This document shows, piece by piece, positions 1 through 12,383 of a stretch of 64,000 nucleotides of DNA; within the stretch, counting starts at the first letter, position 1, and each line of letters starts with the position of its first letter. The stretch spans positions 1,240,001 to 1,304,000 of the forward strand of contig OX337242.1 in NCBI GenBank assembly GCA_946965045.2, written 5' to 3'. The DNA comes from Epithemia pelagica. Lineage: Eukaryota > Protista > Bacillariophyta. Made by a program: the position numbers and the translations under genes. The notes beneath the pieces were generated by a model. The model searched no databases and was not told where the DNA came from. It saw only the letters and a program-made list of their open reading frames with translations.

Positions 1-705
1 GCAAAATGCATCGGTGAGTCCAATCTAGGCGGTGAAAGTGGGGGCCACAGCATATAGAGGCATTAGTTGCGTGTTGGAGAGCCAAGTCGCGATTAATGAT
101 GAATGACCTGACATTTTACAAATCTCGTGAATCGGAAATCAGAGATAATGATTCTGTCATGTAACCAACTCATTTCACAAGTTTGGAAATCAACCCACCG
201 GAGAGGGAGTCCAAATTTAATCATTTTTCACCTTTTTGAGTCGGATGGTCTTCCAATGCCAGTATTTGGAGTATGAGAGTGACGGGGCAATACAATGGAT
301 TTGATATTTCAATCTATCAGCAGCAGCGACAGCATGTATGTTACTGATCCACGTATTAATGCGCAGTACAGAGTTCATGCTGACGTTGATTTGTCTTCCC
401 ACGGACATGCGAGAAGATGAAACTCCTTCGGTTGCAAACTGGTGGCTCTGAAGATGGAATTCATGTCATTGTCCTGCTTTGTCGTAATATGATTTGTCTA
501 CAGTATCAAACTATACTCTGACAAGTGTGAAGCAACCCCAAACACCATAATGTTTCACTTGAAAATTTTGATGGTGCTGGTATGACTTTGTGGTCTGGGT
601 TCATGCTCTCAACGTTGTCCCGAGTAAAGCTCAACGCCATTGATGCATCGTAAGTCGTTGTTTCTCAAAGAAGACAGTTTAATCCAAGGTTTGTCTTCAG
701 GGCCA

Positions 706-2830
706 TCAACTGCTGGTTTTCGTCCGCATCCTCAATATTCGGAACTGTTTTCCTCCATTTTCTCTCAGCGTTTTAATGACTTTGTCATACTCAATACCTT
801 CGATTGGTTTATTGTCAATGGCCACAATTTCATCCCCACGTCTTCGAAATGGCTGTGGTTTCATGCACATCACAGCAGATTTTTTGCCATCACTCAATTG
901 TCTATAACCATTGAAACATGGTACACCATTGATCTCAGTTATAATGAGACAAAGTCCTTCAGGGGTGACCGGTACCCTGGCAATGTAGAATGTGTATGCC
1001 GGGACCTTCATTTTCGATCCATCCGGTGAAAAGGCTTTAGGTATAGAGATAGGAGGCAGTCGAGATTCATTCGCTTCAGAATCTTTTGAGGACGTGAAGA
1101 CTTCATTAGGTTTTCCCGGCAGGGCAGCCTTCGATGAATGATGGTGAGGGAGATCTACCTCGCTTGTCCTGGGATTCCGCGAAGACTCCCTCTCCTGTAC
1201 GATGTGATTCTGAACAGGTGGACCATATCCCCAAACAGGTTGAACATATAGTGACGAATTCATCATGCTTCCATGAACTGACCATGTTCCATTATGCTGC
1301 TGGAAGCTAGGGAAAGGTGGTGGATGAACATAGGAGGGAGTCGTGGTCTGGTGTTGACTCAAAGGCCGCAGTCCAGCTGGTGCAGCATACGTTGTCGGCC
1401 AATGAGGCGGTGCCAAATGTGTTGTCTGTTGAATATGTGGCCCAGCAAACTTTGTCTGTGGATTGTGATCTATTTCATAGGTAACTACCAACGTAAGAAA
1501 ACAAACTGTGGATGTATCAAATTGTACAAAACAACATACCTTGCATTGTGTTTCTAATCGCTCCGACCGCGTGCAAGAGTGACTTATCCCCATTCCCTTC
1601 AGGGCCCCTTGAACCGATGCCAATCCCAGCAGCATTTGGAAACATGGCTTGGACGCCTGAACCATTGGTGGGTTGAAAAGAAGCATTGGTGCCTCGATGC
1701 ACATATTTCGTTGCTTCGACGACGTTCAGCGGTGCAACAGCAGTTCCAGAAACACACGCATAATCAATAGTTGATGTTGGCAACGCTTTGTTTTCCATTG
1801 GATGTGTGGCAGGTGTTTCTTGAAGGGTGCGGTTTTTCAATCCTATCGCCTCCTGTGGTTGAAGAGATCCATTGGACGTGTCAACCAAGCTTGCCTTGCC
1901 GAGAATTCTTGGTGGAAAAGCAGTTGCGTCGTGAGAGGTTCCTTTTAAAGTCGTTAACCGTGAAGTTGAAGTTGGGTTTCTTGAAGCAGCGGTGGGAGGG
2001 TTTTGACGCACAGCCTGTGCTCGGCTGGTGAGAGGTACCGCGGCGTTTCGATGCGATTGATTGCCAAAGGTCACGACTGACCCTTCGTCAACACCACCTG
2101 GGAAACATACTGTGGACTTCCTCCGAGCCGCCTGGACCACTTGTACAAAACGCCTCTGCGCTTTTGCCGTATCATAGTTGACCTCATGGAAGGCCTGCAT
2201 CACCAATGATTTGACAGGAAACGGTAAATGCGAATTGTTTGTCATGAATTGGTCAATATCTTGACATGATAATCTTGCCTTCTTTGCCATTTCCGGATCC
2301 CACAACACATCCCCACCAACATGGTTCTCAAGGTTTTCCTCACTCCCACAAGGTGGAACGGATGATACTTGATACGTTGGACCGATTCGGCTGCTCTTAG
2401 CTTGCTCCGAAGCCTTGGAAGAGATTCGGCTGCTCTTAGCTTGTTCCGAAGCTTCGGAAGAGACTTCACAATCTTCGCTGTTGTCGTCGGACTTGCCTCG
2501 ACGGGCTCTTGTTCGCGATGATCGTCTCACGTCCGAAATCTCTATCCCACGAGGATCAGTAGACAACACCGCCAAACCGTCAGAGCGTGCAATCTCAACT
2601 TCCAGGATCACAGGTGAAGCAGACGACAATGTCGGGTGCTCTATTTTGGCTCTTTTTCGAGTTGGCCACTGAGTTCCCGCATTCTTTGGTATGAGGCCGA
2701 AGCTCACACTTTCATGAGAGGGCTTCATGTCATTATTGCTATCTCCCACGCGAGGTCTTGCAGAAATGCCTAATACCAAGCCTGAATCTGTTTTCGTGGT
2801 ATTGTAGCATTCGTTGGGCGTTGTCATCAT
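706..2830 (-). CDS. ELM2-(SANT-PHD-PDZ deleted)-PDZ-like chromatin protein, copy A, internally deleted, spliced
   Basis: ORFs 1517-2830 and 706-1704 join in frame through a GTATGT...AG intron (1539 to 1470, or to 1485). ELM2-like SRIGPTYQV and C-terminal PDZ-like GDEIVAIDNKPIEG motifs are present. Lacks 364 codons present in copy B. Confidence 0.75.
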
Positions 2831-4672
2831 GTTGTGTGTTTTGTGGTTGGCTTTCTCGCGGCCCCCAAAGCCCCACCTCGGGTTCTGCTCGAGGTGAAGT
2901 TCACCTCGAGCGATGGACTCAATGTCTGATGGAGATTATGATTGGTTTAGATTCCAACTGAGACAAAGTACAATTAACGAAAATAGTCTACAACATGTCT
3001 GATTCCCCTCGCATAACACACTACCCACACAATCTGATTCTAGAGGAATTCTATTGAAATGATTAGTCTCCAAATGATTGGAGACTTCAGGTAACCCAGG
3101 TTTCTTTACAAGCAATGCTGTTCCTATAATTGACTACCACAAGCTCCGACCTCCTTAGCCCTGACATTGTTCACACGACTTGCTTCAATGATTTTCTCAG
3201 AATGAACCCAAAAACACCACTGCCCAAGCAGGTGTATTTCTACTTCTATACCTCATCTTCCTTGGCAGGATGTAGGTTGATAAACCTCGAAAAATGCGTC
3301 ATTAGTAAATTTTCTGGGGACTGTTCACTTGTTCGTCATTTTTAGCTTTGAGCCCGTCAGGCTCCTCACTACACAGGGAGAACTTAGACAACACATAGGC
3401 CTTCTAGCCAGGTTGAGCTTGTCAGTACTTTGGACTTCTCACTGGGCAAACAGCTTCTCCTTGTGGACCCTGTAAGGTCTGCCTCGACAAACTTACTTAC
3501 GTGGTCCACTTCTTGTCGCTATTGCCCTTCTCGTCATCCAAAGTAATCCTTGTCGCACCCCTCCATGTCAACACTTCTATTAGTAAAAGTCTTCTTAGTA
3601 GATCTCCTGAAGTAAAATTTCCTGTGATGTTTTTTTGCATCACTTTTATTTGGTGGGGGGCTTGCTGGTCTCCTACAGAGGAAGCTAACAACCGTTACTG
3701 TGCATAGGCCTTCTCGTAAGGGCATGCCGATTGGTTCTTACGGACTCTTGTCAGGAAATATGAATAGCTTCTCATCGTGGACTGCATAAGGTCCACCCTG
3801 GCAGACTTTCTTAAGTGGTCCACGTCTCATTGTTGTTGCTGTTCTTGCTGCATGAGTCCTCTTTGTGGCTCCCGTCCTGGATGATATGGGCTCTCCTATG
3901 CCAAACACTAGCATTGTGTCTTTACCATTGTCAATTCTGTTGCATTGTAGTCCGAACAATGTCTTTACCATTGTCAATTCTGTTGCATTGTACGCGACAT
4001 TCAAGTTCCCATGAGAAGGTGCATTCTTATGTTGATGGAGAAAATGCTGATTCAGCATTTCAATTTGCAGCATAGTTGTGATATAAATGTTGTTTTGATA
4101 GTGGCATCATATATTTCTGAAGGAGTCAAGTGTTGACAATTTGGCACCGGTGGATCTCCATGCTGGCTTTCTAGCATTTGTACAGAATAGTTACCATTGA
4201 GCAAGTACCACACCACTAGTGCAAAATAAGGGAGTGGTTGACATTTCACTTCAGATCTGTCCACACACATCAGATAACAGGAGGAGAGCACGGGAGCACA
4301 CTGGGAGCAAAGTTGTGTTGATTGGGAGCTAGGGGGGAGCAGAAGGGGAGCAAAAGGGGAGCAAGATTGCAATGTTTCTTCTGATGGAATTACAGTTTTT
4401 GTATTTGGAGGGAATTTGCCTGAGCAAAATAGTTGCTTCACAGTAAGCCAAAGAGAGAAAAATTTTTTGTTGAGTGGGGCGAGATTCCATCACGCCGGGC
4501 GGTTCTCAAGATCCTGTGGAGTGCGCGACTTTTCGCGTGTCCAGCGACTCGAGTTTTCGTGCGAACCTTTCGTCTCCCACTCCCACCAACACTACATGTT
4601 CTATTTTTTCTATTGCCACAATTTTTTTTCAAAGAGGCAAAACAAAGTTGATAGGAGTATCTTCTTTGTGCC

Positions 4673-6418
4673 TTGTTGTTTAAAGGAATGAGCGGACCTC
4701 TCGCATCACAAGATAACCAAAAGACACGCAAACGTGAGTATCTGTTCGACGACGTTACAGCGGCTCCATCTGCGACACTGACGAAGAGAGCAGTAAATCC
4801 AGTCTATGAGAATGTAGCATACGGTATAATGCCAAAGAATGCCGACACCGAAACTCAGTGGCCTACTCGTAAAAGGGCCAAAGTCACCACCGTTCAATCG
4901 TCTTCTTCGCCACCGTTGATCATGGATGTTGAAAGTGCGCAAGATGACATTTTGCACACTTCAGAAACTCCGTCAAGTGACACGGAAACTTCAAAGAGCA
5001 GACGATCCGGGCAGCAAAGTCGATCCAGTAGAGGCTTACCAGTGAGCTCCGGAAACAGAAATAGTTTGGATCACAATGATCCAACTGTTGAGACTTCTTC
5101 TGTAGCGGCGAAGCCTGCAAGTTCTCTACTTTTCCCAATAAGTAGTAGCAGAGTTGGTCCCGAGTACCAAGTAGCGGACCTTCCAACGTGTGGAACTCCC
5201 GAAGACTCTACAGAAGACGATGTTGGTGGCCAAATTCTGTGGGACCATGAAGCTGCAAAGAGGGCAAGATTATCGGGTCATGAAATTGATAAATTCATGG
5301 AGCAACATCAAACTTTATCGCTTCCTATCAAGACACTTCTCCTGCAAGCGCTCCATGAAGTGAACTACGATACGGCTAAAGCTACAACACGATTTGTCAA
5401 GCTCGTACAAGAAAGTCGAGCCAAGTCCAGCGTCGATCGATTTACACCTTTGACCAAGACTGAGAAGTTTCGGTTAGACAAAATCTTTAGCCATCAAATC
5501 AAAAAGGATTTTGTTGCTGTTGCCAAGTCCATGGGGTTGAGTACGGACACTGTGATGATTGAGTACTACAAGTGGAAAAGTTCCAAGCGCAAAGAGTACC
5601 AAAAAGTGAAGAAACTACGACACGAATCGTCCTTGAATGATTACTGCGACGTATGTAAGGACGGCGGCACGCTGATAGAGTGCTCGCACTGTCCAAAATC
5701 TTTTCACCTGAAATGCTTGGATCCTCCGTTGAAGGAGGTTCCAGAGGGAGCCTGGTTTTGTCCAACTTGCAGGGCTACCGAGGATACTTCGTCCTCATGT
5801 GATCCTGTCACAACTTCTGCTCAAGACCCTTCATCCGCTGATGATTCATCGTCCAATATCGAAGAAAGCACCTACTCCGAGGATGCGGTAAGCGTCGATT
5901 CGTGGGCTCTTGAAGACACTCCATCAACCGCAAATGACGCTATTACAGAGCAGAACACGAATGGCTCGATAGATCGTGCAGATCGAAAACAAACTACACC
6001 CCCACTGGTGGACATGGCGATTGTGCGCCAGAGTTCAGGAGAAGGTAGCGTAGAGATTGGCCAAGATACAAGCCAATCAAAGCCTCCAACAGATACCTTT
6101 CCTTCTGTTTCTCTCGGGACATCAGCCTTTGTCGAACCAGTGGATCGATCAATTTCGGTAGACGAGACGTCTACTCAAAGAGACCAAACTGGAACACAGA
6201 CAGATACTGCATGTCGGACCATGGCCATGGTGGCTCAAACAGAAATGGACAAGTTCCATTGTTCCAAACAGTTTCTGTCGGAAAGACACAGCGTTGTAAA
6301 TGATGCGACAACGGTCATTGAAAGTGCTCCATTTTACCGGGAATGGCGTGAAGGGACTTTGAACAGATGTTTATCCATCACGGCCAACGGCTGTTTGCCC
6401 AACCAAACAAAGTCGTAG
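4673..6418 (+). CDS. ELM2-SANT-PHD finger protein, copy A
   Basis: 581-aa ORF with SRVGPEYQV (ELM2-like), a SANT-like helix ending DTVMIEYYKWK, and a C4HC3 PHD finger (CDVC...CSHC...FHLKCL...WFCPTC). Confidence 0.88.
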   Translation: MLFKGMSGPLASQDNQKTRKREYLFDDVTAAPSATLTKRAVNPVYENVAYGIMPKNADTETQWPTRKRAKVTTVQSSSSPPLIMDVESAQDDILHTSETPSSDTETSKSRRSGQQSRSSRGLPVSSGNRNSLDHNDPTVETSSVAAKPASSLLFPISSSRVGPEYQVADLPTCGTPEDSTEDDVGGQILWDHEAAKRARLSGHEIDKFMEQHQTLSLPIKTLLLQALHEVNYDTAKATTRFVKLVQESRAKSSVDRFTPLTKTEKFRLDKIFSHQIKKDFVAVAKSMGLSTDTVMIEYYKWKSSKRKEYQKVKKLRHESSLNDYCDVCKDGGTLIECSHCPKSFHLKCLDPPLKEVPEGAWFCPTCRATEDTSSSCDPVTTSAQDPSSADDSSSNIEESTYSEDAVSVDSWALEDTPSTANDAITEQNTNGSIDRADRKQTTPPLVDMAIVRQSSGEGSVEIGQDTSQSKPPTDTFPSVSLGTSAFVEPVDRSISVDETSTQRDQTGTQTDTACRTMAMVAQTEMDKFHCSKQFLSERHSVVNDATTVIESAPFYREWREGTLNRCLSITANGCLPNQTKS

Positions 6419-6499
6419 TGGAGGGATATGAAAGGAAAGAGTCGTATCTTTCTTCTCTTACTCCTCCTTTTTGGCTTCTGATGCAAACTATGGTATCGG

Positions 6500-8014
6500 C
6501 TATGGATTGTCGTCTCATTAATCAGAGCCCACTTTCAACGGTTGCTCATAATCGTTGCTCAAGGCAGTTTTTCAACCTAGTAAAGGCGAAAGGCCCGTTT
6601 TCGTAATCATGGTCCACTTTCAAAGGTCGCTCTCAAGGCAGTTTCCAACTTGGCACGAAGAAAGTTTTTATCCTCGTCTTGTAATCAGGACCCACTTTCA
6701 ATGGTCTTTCATCATCATTGCTTACAGAGACTTCCAGCTTTACGGCCGCTCGTCGATTTTCCGGCACTTTCATCTTGTTACCAGTTATGTTCTTCTTGTC
6801 TTTATTATCAGGACCGACTTTCAACGGCTGTCCATCGTTGGAACTTTTACCCTGGCACCAGTGACGCTGTCATTGCCTTGGTTCTCTAGCCCCACTTTCA
6901 ACGGCCGCTCATGATCGTTGCTAACAGAAAGTTGGAGCCTTTCACCAGGGATTAGCTCGTGTTCTTGGTTATGAAGTGCTATCTGGTTCAACTGCGTGAA
7001 CCAGAACAATGGCAGGGTGACCTTCTATGGGGCTTTCACAGTCCATACGAGAAAGTCGTCGCTCTATTGTGGTTTTCGTAGGAATTGGATACGTATTTTA
7101 AGTCGGACCGGCATCTCCTTCCGCAAATGAAGAAATTTTTGGAGGTTTCAAGTTGGAGGACCAACGAGGAGCCGTTTTTCGAATCGTTCGAGGACTTCGA
7201 ACTTTGTCATGCCATGAATGAATCCTTCCAGAAACTGACGGAGAGGGAATGAGCGGTTTCTTTCTAATAAAAAAAGATGGGCGATCGTTCCACATCTCTT
7301 TGGCTGTCGACACCTGTATTTTATACGATAATGTCATGGCGGTCGTTCGCTGCACCGCCCGGGGACCATCCGACTTTGACTTCGCTAGCGACCTTATCTG
7401 CATTTGTTTCACGATGATGTTTTCGGGTCGATTTTCCGTGACTTTTTTCCATGTTATCTTCATGGAGCCACACGATGACTCCATCTTTCTCGTCTACTAT
7501 CCAGGACGGTTTGACGCTGTCCGCATTCATGAAAGACTCCTTGGAACTTGGTTCCTCACCATTGGATGCATCCGCACTGTCTGGAATGGTACCATGGGTA
7601 GCAGTTGCCTCTGGTTCTTCTAGAACAGGGTAAAGGAGATTTTCTGTCGAGAAATCCTCATCAGAACTCTCACTTGTCGTGGTCATTTCTTCATGTACCC
7701 ACAAATCGTCATACTGGCCGTTTAATTCGGTCGGCGGTGACGGATTCTTTTGCCCTCTACGTTAGGAGATGCTCTACTCCTCCGGATGGAAACTCGTTCT
7801 CCGTCTCTGGATGGGAATCCTGTGATCTACCCGACCGAAATTCCTTCTCCAGCTCTGATGGGAAGTAAAGGCCCGCAGGGCCGCCCATTGACGGGGTATT
7901 GATCTTGTCGTCTCGGCTTGTCTGTCGTTGCCCTTCGTTTTTTCGAAGAGCTGCCCATTGTTTGAATGGGCGAGTCAAGACTGTTTCGGCAGTCTTGGCG
8001 CTAGTCGCCGACAC
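6500..8014 (-). pseudogene. Probable decayed low-complexity gene
   Basis: Chain of protein-like minus-strand ORFs (7757-8014, 7321-7704, 6821-7009, 6633-6824) broken by stops and frameshifts. One stop (7321) is a Glu codon in copy B. Confidence 0.35.
6520..6915. repeat. Five dispersed copies of a CC(C/G)ACTTTCAA(C/T/A)GG motif (ERPLKVG peptide repeat on the minus strand)
   Basis: Motif near 6527, 6612, 6690, 6812 and 6890; also present in copy B at ~55465-55860. Confidence 0.7.
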
Positions 8015-8371
8015 TCAATTGTCCGGCGGTTGGTCGATCCCCGGGTAGCCCTCTAAGAATGAGATGCATTCGAAACCCATTCGCTGATCTCTGAACGATA
8101 CGATTCGATCGAGCCAAAGTCGTTTGTGATTTCTACAAAAAATGTGGGAAATCGTGGCTTGTCCATTTTTTACTCTTGAAAAAGACAAGTGTGTCTGGAA
8201 CTGTGGTATGAATAGTACCCGGCAGCCGTTTCGGGGGATTGAGAGCGCCGGGGGACCTCCTACTCGGCCATCATTCTTGTGGTGATGCGTTGAGCCGAAA
8301 AAAAAACCGCTGGAAAGGGGCTCTCTCTCCGGACTCCGGATCTCCATCGCCCTCCATGATCGGAAGACCTC

Positions 8372-8869
8372 TTGCATGCTTCTCGCGTCCTTCCAATGAC
8401 GAAAGTTTCACAGTCGAAACAATACCGAGGGCTTTTCCGGAACTCCATCGTCGAAAAGGCGTTGGTCGGAATACTGATAATCCCATGGTTGTTCTTTTTA
8501 TGGGTGAGCCACAACCATCCGAGCAGTAGCACCATAAATCGTCGAACCAGCAGCAACAGCATTCGACGGGTCCAAGATATTCACTCAATTGTCGATGGGA
8601 GCAACGTGCAAGTGAAACAAGTGTCCAATCCAGTACTGGCCGAAGAAGCCTTTGTGCAAAGTTTTGCGGATCCCGAACACGAAGATGGCTTTGCCGAAAG
8701 TGATTTTGAACTATCCGAAAGTGGAGACGAACTGGACGAGGAACTCAATGAAGAAGACGATGATAATCTATATGCAGATACAGAGATTCTAGAGGAGGAG
8801 GAAGAAGAAGAAGAAGACCATTCCGGTGACAATACCGATGGAGAAGAGGTTGTGAAAAGCATACAATGA
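8372..8869 (+). CDS. Small type-II-membrane-like acidic protein, copy A
   Basis: Hydrophobic ALVGILIIPWLFFLWV segment followed by an Asp/Glu-rich tail; open in both copies. Confidence 0.5.
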   Translation: MHASRVLPMTKVSQSKQYRGLFRNSIVEKALVGILIIPWLFFLWVSHNHPSSSTINRRTSSNSIRRVQDIHSIVDGSNVQVKQVSNPVLAEEAFVQSFADPEHEDGFAESDFELSESGDELDEELNEEDDDNLYADTEILEEEEEEEEDHSGDNTDGEEVVKSIQ

Positions 8870-9831
8870 AAGCTGCCACTGTTGGCTTGATAGGAACGGA
8901 GGAATAAAGAACAGCCTTCTGTTGTGTCATATCTAGCATTGCATCGTATACATGAAACGAAAAATAGTAGTCTTCTGATTTGGTGTCAGACCATTCCATT
9001 CAACGACAAAAGATCGCAACCGTCATCCATTATGATAATTTGGTAGGGGAACAACATACAGGAGAGCGTGTTCTACCTTTGTGCCTCTGTGTTGTTCCGT
9101 GACTCGGCATTGTTGTCACTTCGTAATTCGATCAAGAACTACGCGCATTCAGTAACAGGGAACATGCACAAGGTCGCACAAACACACACGTTCACACATA
9201 TTGGAATGCGTACTACCTAATTTAAACTGGACAAGTCAAAACATTGTATCAACCTGCGTAGGACAAATCGACACAATGCATCAACTTGTTGGTTTAGTTT
9301 TGTTGCCTAAGAGGAGTAACAAGTAACAGAGATTCCTCGAAACATCCCATAGTCATAGAGTCTGTCGCAAATTTTCGACAGACCAAAGCAGATGGTCCCT
9401 CCTTTCGCGGGTTCGCTTTGTCTTGTGGCACATATATCCGGAGCGTCTGTGCAGCATTATTTCAAAAAAGGAATTAAAACATAAAATTATATGTAGCGCT
9501 GGGGAGTGCCGAATCTTGAGCTTCCGGAAAAAGATACCAGGGAAGAAACGCCCATGTTGTTGAGAGTTTCTGTGACGGGTAGGCCAAAGAAGAAGAACGA
9601 GCACAATCTGTTTCCTCATTCGTGTGTTGTCGTCACTTTGGAGAAGGATCGATCAAGAGAAGAAGGGTATCTTCTGTTTCATCCACAACTGGATGCTTCT
9701 CGTCCAGATTTCAATTCCATTCTGTGAATAGAAGAAGAAGAAGAAACGAGTGCAATCACTTACTAAATCATTCTCGGGAAAACAGGCGAGACACAACATC
9801 AATAAAGAAGAAGAACACAAAACAGACAATC

Positions 9832-11902
9832 ATGATGCTTCCTTCGTTTGAAAGGGTCCTTCGTTTGGGCTTGTCCTTCGTTTGGCTCGATTGTTTTGCT
9901 AGTGCAACCAGCTTTGACCAAGTGGTGTGGACCTTGACATCTCCCGTTGGTGGTGGATATGCGGGTCAAGCCCGATACTATGCTGGGCGTCAACAATTGA
10001 TTTTGACGGGTATAGTCTGGGACTCGGAGTTTTTGGAACACTCGGCCTGGCACACTTCTTTGGGACGACGACAAGAACGAAAAGTCTCGGAAGGGCTACC
10101 GGCGCATGGATTTTTTGGGTGATTCGCAGTGCTTTCTGGCCAGTCTCAACGTGTCGTCGTCCGACGTCCCAAATGCACTGCCTACATGGACTACCGCGCT
10201 CCAGTCTCAAGCGCCACCTCATGCCTGTGGCACTGCCATGGCTCTCCGAGAACAAGATACAGCCGCTCAACTCTTGGTCTTGGGCTATGAGCGACTGCCC
10301 GATCCCGTTCATACGGATTGGACGACGCGAGTGCAACAATCCTTGACCTTGTGGCAAGTCCATCCCGATAACCTCGTGCCGGCATCTCCCCTGACTACCA
10401 CGTTTTCCTTGTACCAAAATGAATTCCATCCCACCAACACGGATTGGACCAGTGTGCCGTCTCAATATCATCATCAATCCGATTCGTACATTTACTCCAT
10501 GGAGGCCGTCCCTGGTGAGGCACCCGATACGGTCTTTGTGGCCGTGACGCAAAGTGAGACGGTCCCTTCCTGGTTGTACAATATCGGTGAATTCGCCCCA
10601 GAGCAGCAACCAGACGACGAAACTCTACATTCGCAATGGTATCAACGCCAATTGTCATTGGTTCCAGAACTGGCCAATGGAGCTTCCACCGCCTCGTGGC
10701 GTGTTCCCATTGTCACAGGAGGAGTTCAACATATCGATGCCGATCATGGTACTGTATTGTGGTATACCAAATTTACCTACGGGCAGAATACTGCTCCGGG
10801 ACATGTCATGGTAACCAATGTAGCCTATTTTCCCAATACTCAGGACGGTGCCTCTGTCTTGGTGGGTGGATCGACACAAGCCAGTGGATCTCTGTTGGGT
10901 ACGGCCGTGACGGGTATCGCCGATCAATGGGATGGCTTTGTGACAAAATTGAAAGCCGACAATGGTGAATTGTGGACGGGTGATGCACAGCAGCAGCAAG
11001 ATGCTTCGATTCGCATTGCGAGTAGTCAAAATCGTCACGATTGGGTGGTAGCCATCTGTGGCCAAGGATCCAATCATGCGTATATCGTGGGCACGACACA
11101 GGGCTCGGTGGTGTCGGGAGGCAGCAACAATGATGGTGGAGCCTTTGTCATGCGTCTCAATGTGGATACCATGACAATCGAATGGACAGTCCAGTTGCCT
11201 GGTATGGGCGTCGTGGCCACCGCGTGTGCTATGGATCCTCAAGAACCATCCTCATTGACAACGACAAAGAATCTCTTGTATGTCGCAGGCGTCTTACCAG
11301 TCGGACATGCAGGATGGACGGTAAATGGAACGCTTCAGACCACGACGTCAAGTACCAGTAGATCCAGTCAAGATGCCTTTGTCGTTGCCATTGACGTGGA
11401 TCACATCAAGGGTCAAGTTGAATGGATTCATGAACTGGATTTCTCCGAAAAACAAGAATCCATCACCTCTCTCTCCTTGGACGATCATCATGTATGGGCC
11501 TATGGCAATTCGTACGATTCCGACACCCAAGAGAATCAGGTCTTTGTGGTTGCCTTGGATCGTGAAGCAGTGCCCAAACAAAACAAGGATGGCTCGCCTG
11601 TGCCACAAGAAGAGGAAGCGGACAACAAGGACGACGACAACGATAGCAGTGCAGTGGTGGTGGCCATTATGGTACCACTGGTGGTATTGGTCGTCGTGGC
11701 GTCCGGTTTGGCCATTTTACTGAAACGTCGTGCTCACAATCAAACCACCAAGGACGATTGGCAAACCACCATGCCTCAACATGAGCTGAAACTCCAAGAA
11801 CAGCAACAACCCCCCGAACAACCAAAAGACGATTCCCACACTTATTCGGGGGAATCCACCGAACGGGACTCTGCCAATGATGATACCAAGTCCATTGTGT
11901 AG
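9832..11902 (+). pseudogene. Type I membrane protein with SBBP-like beta-propeller repeats, frameshifted (copy A)
   Basis: N-terminal signal-like segment; DGFVTKL / GAFVMRL / DAFVVAI repeats; C-terminal TM helix followed by KRR. A T6 run at 10111-10116 (T5 in copy B) shifts the frame. Confidence 0.7.
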
Positions 11903-12383
11903 AACACAATATTACGAATAGACAGACCGATAGCTTCAAGGCCTCTTCCCTTGTTGGACGGCCTTGTGGGTTTCTCTTCTGTAGAGAATGGGGAAGAATA
12001 TGATACTTACTCCTACTCCCTCTGTAAAGTCTTTGTTGCACCAACTGGTTTTTGGCTTTTTTAGTCGCATTAAAAACTCACGTAGACTCTGGTACAAATC
12101 TACAGGAGGACGGCTGGCTCATTCGGAGTCGAACTCGACCAAATTTTGGAGATGAAGATAAGGCTGTGGCACGTGCCTTGGTCTGGATGTAAGCACAACC
12201 CAGCCGTCTCCTACGTCCACTCGTCTCCCTCCAACAAACCAAAAACACACCAAATGCAACAACAACAGCATCACAGCAGCAACAACAAAATAAACTCTAA
12301 TCCTAGGTGTACAATCAATGGCGGTAGCCCCTGGCCGCCTCCTGGATCAAGTGGAGGTCGGCCAGGTATTCATTGTTTAAGAT

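Noticed and set aside
3917-3992. 43-bp-period tandem duplication in the intergenic region
   Set aside because: Two-copy local duplication, present in both blocks, with no evident function.
6520-6915. Short repeated motif with variable spacers as a CRISPR-like array
   Set aside because: Core is only ~11-13 bp, degenerate and irregularly spaced; better explained as a peptide repeat.
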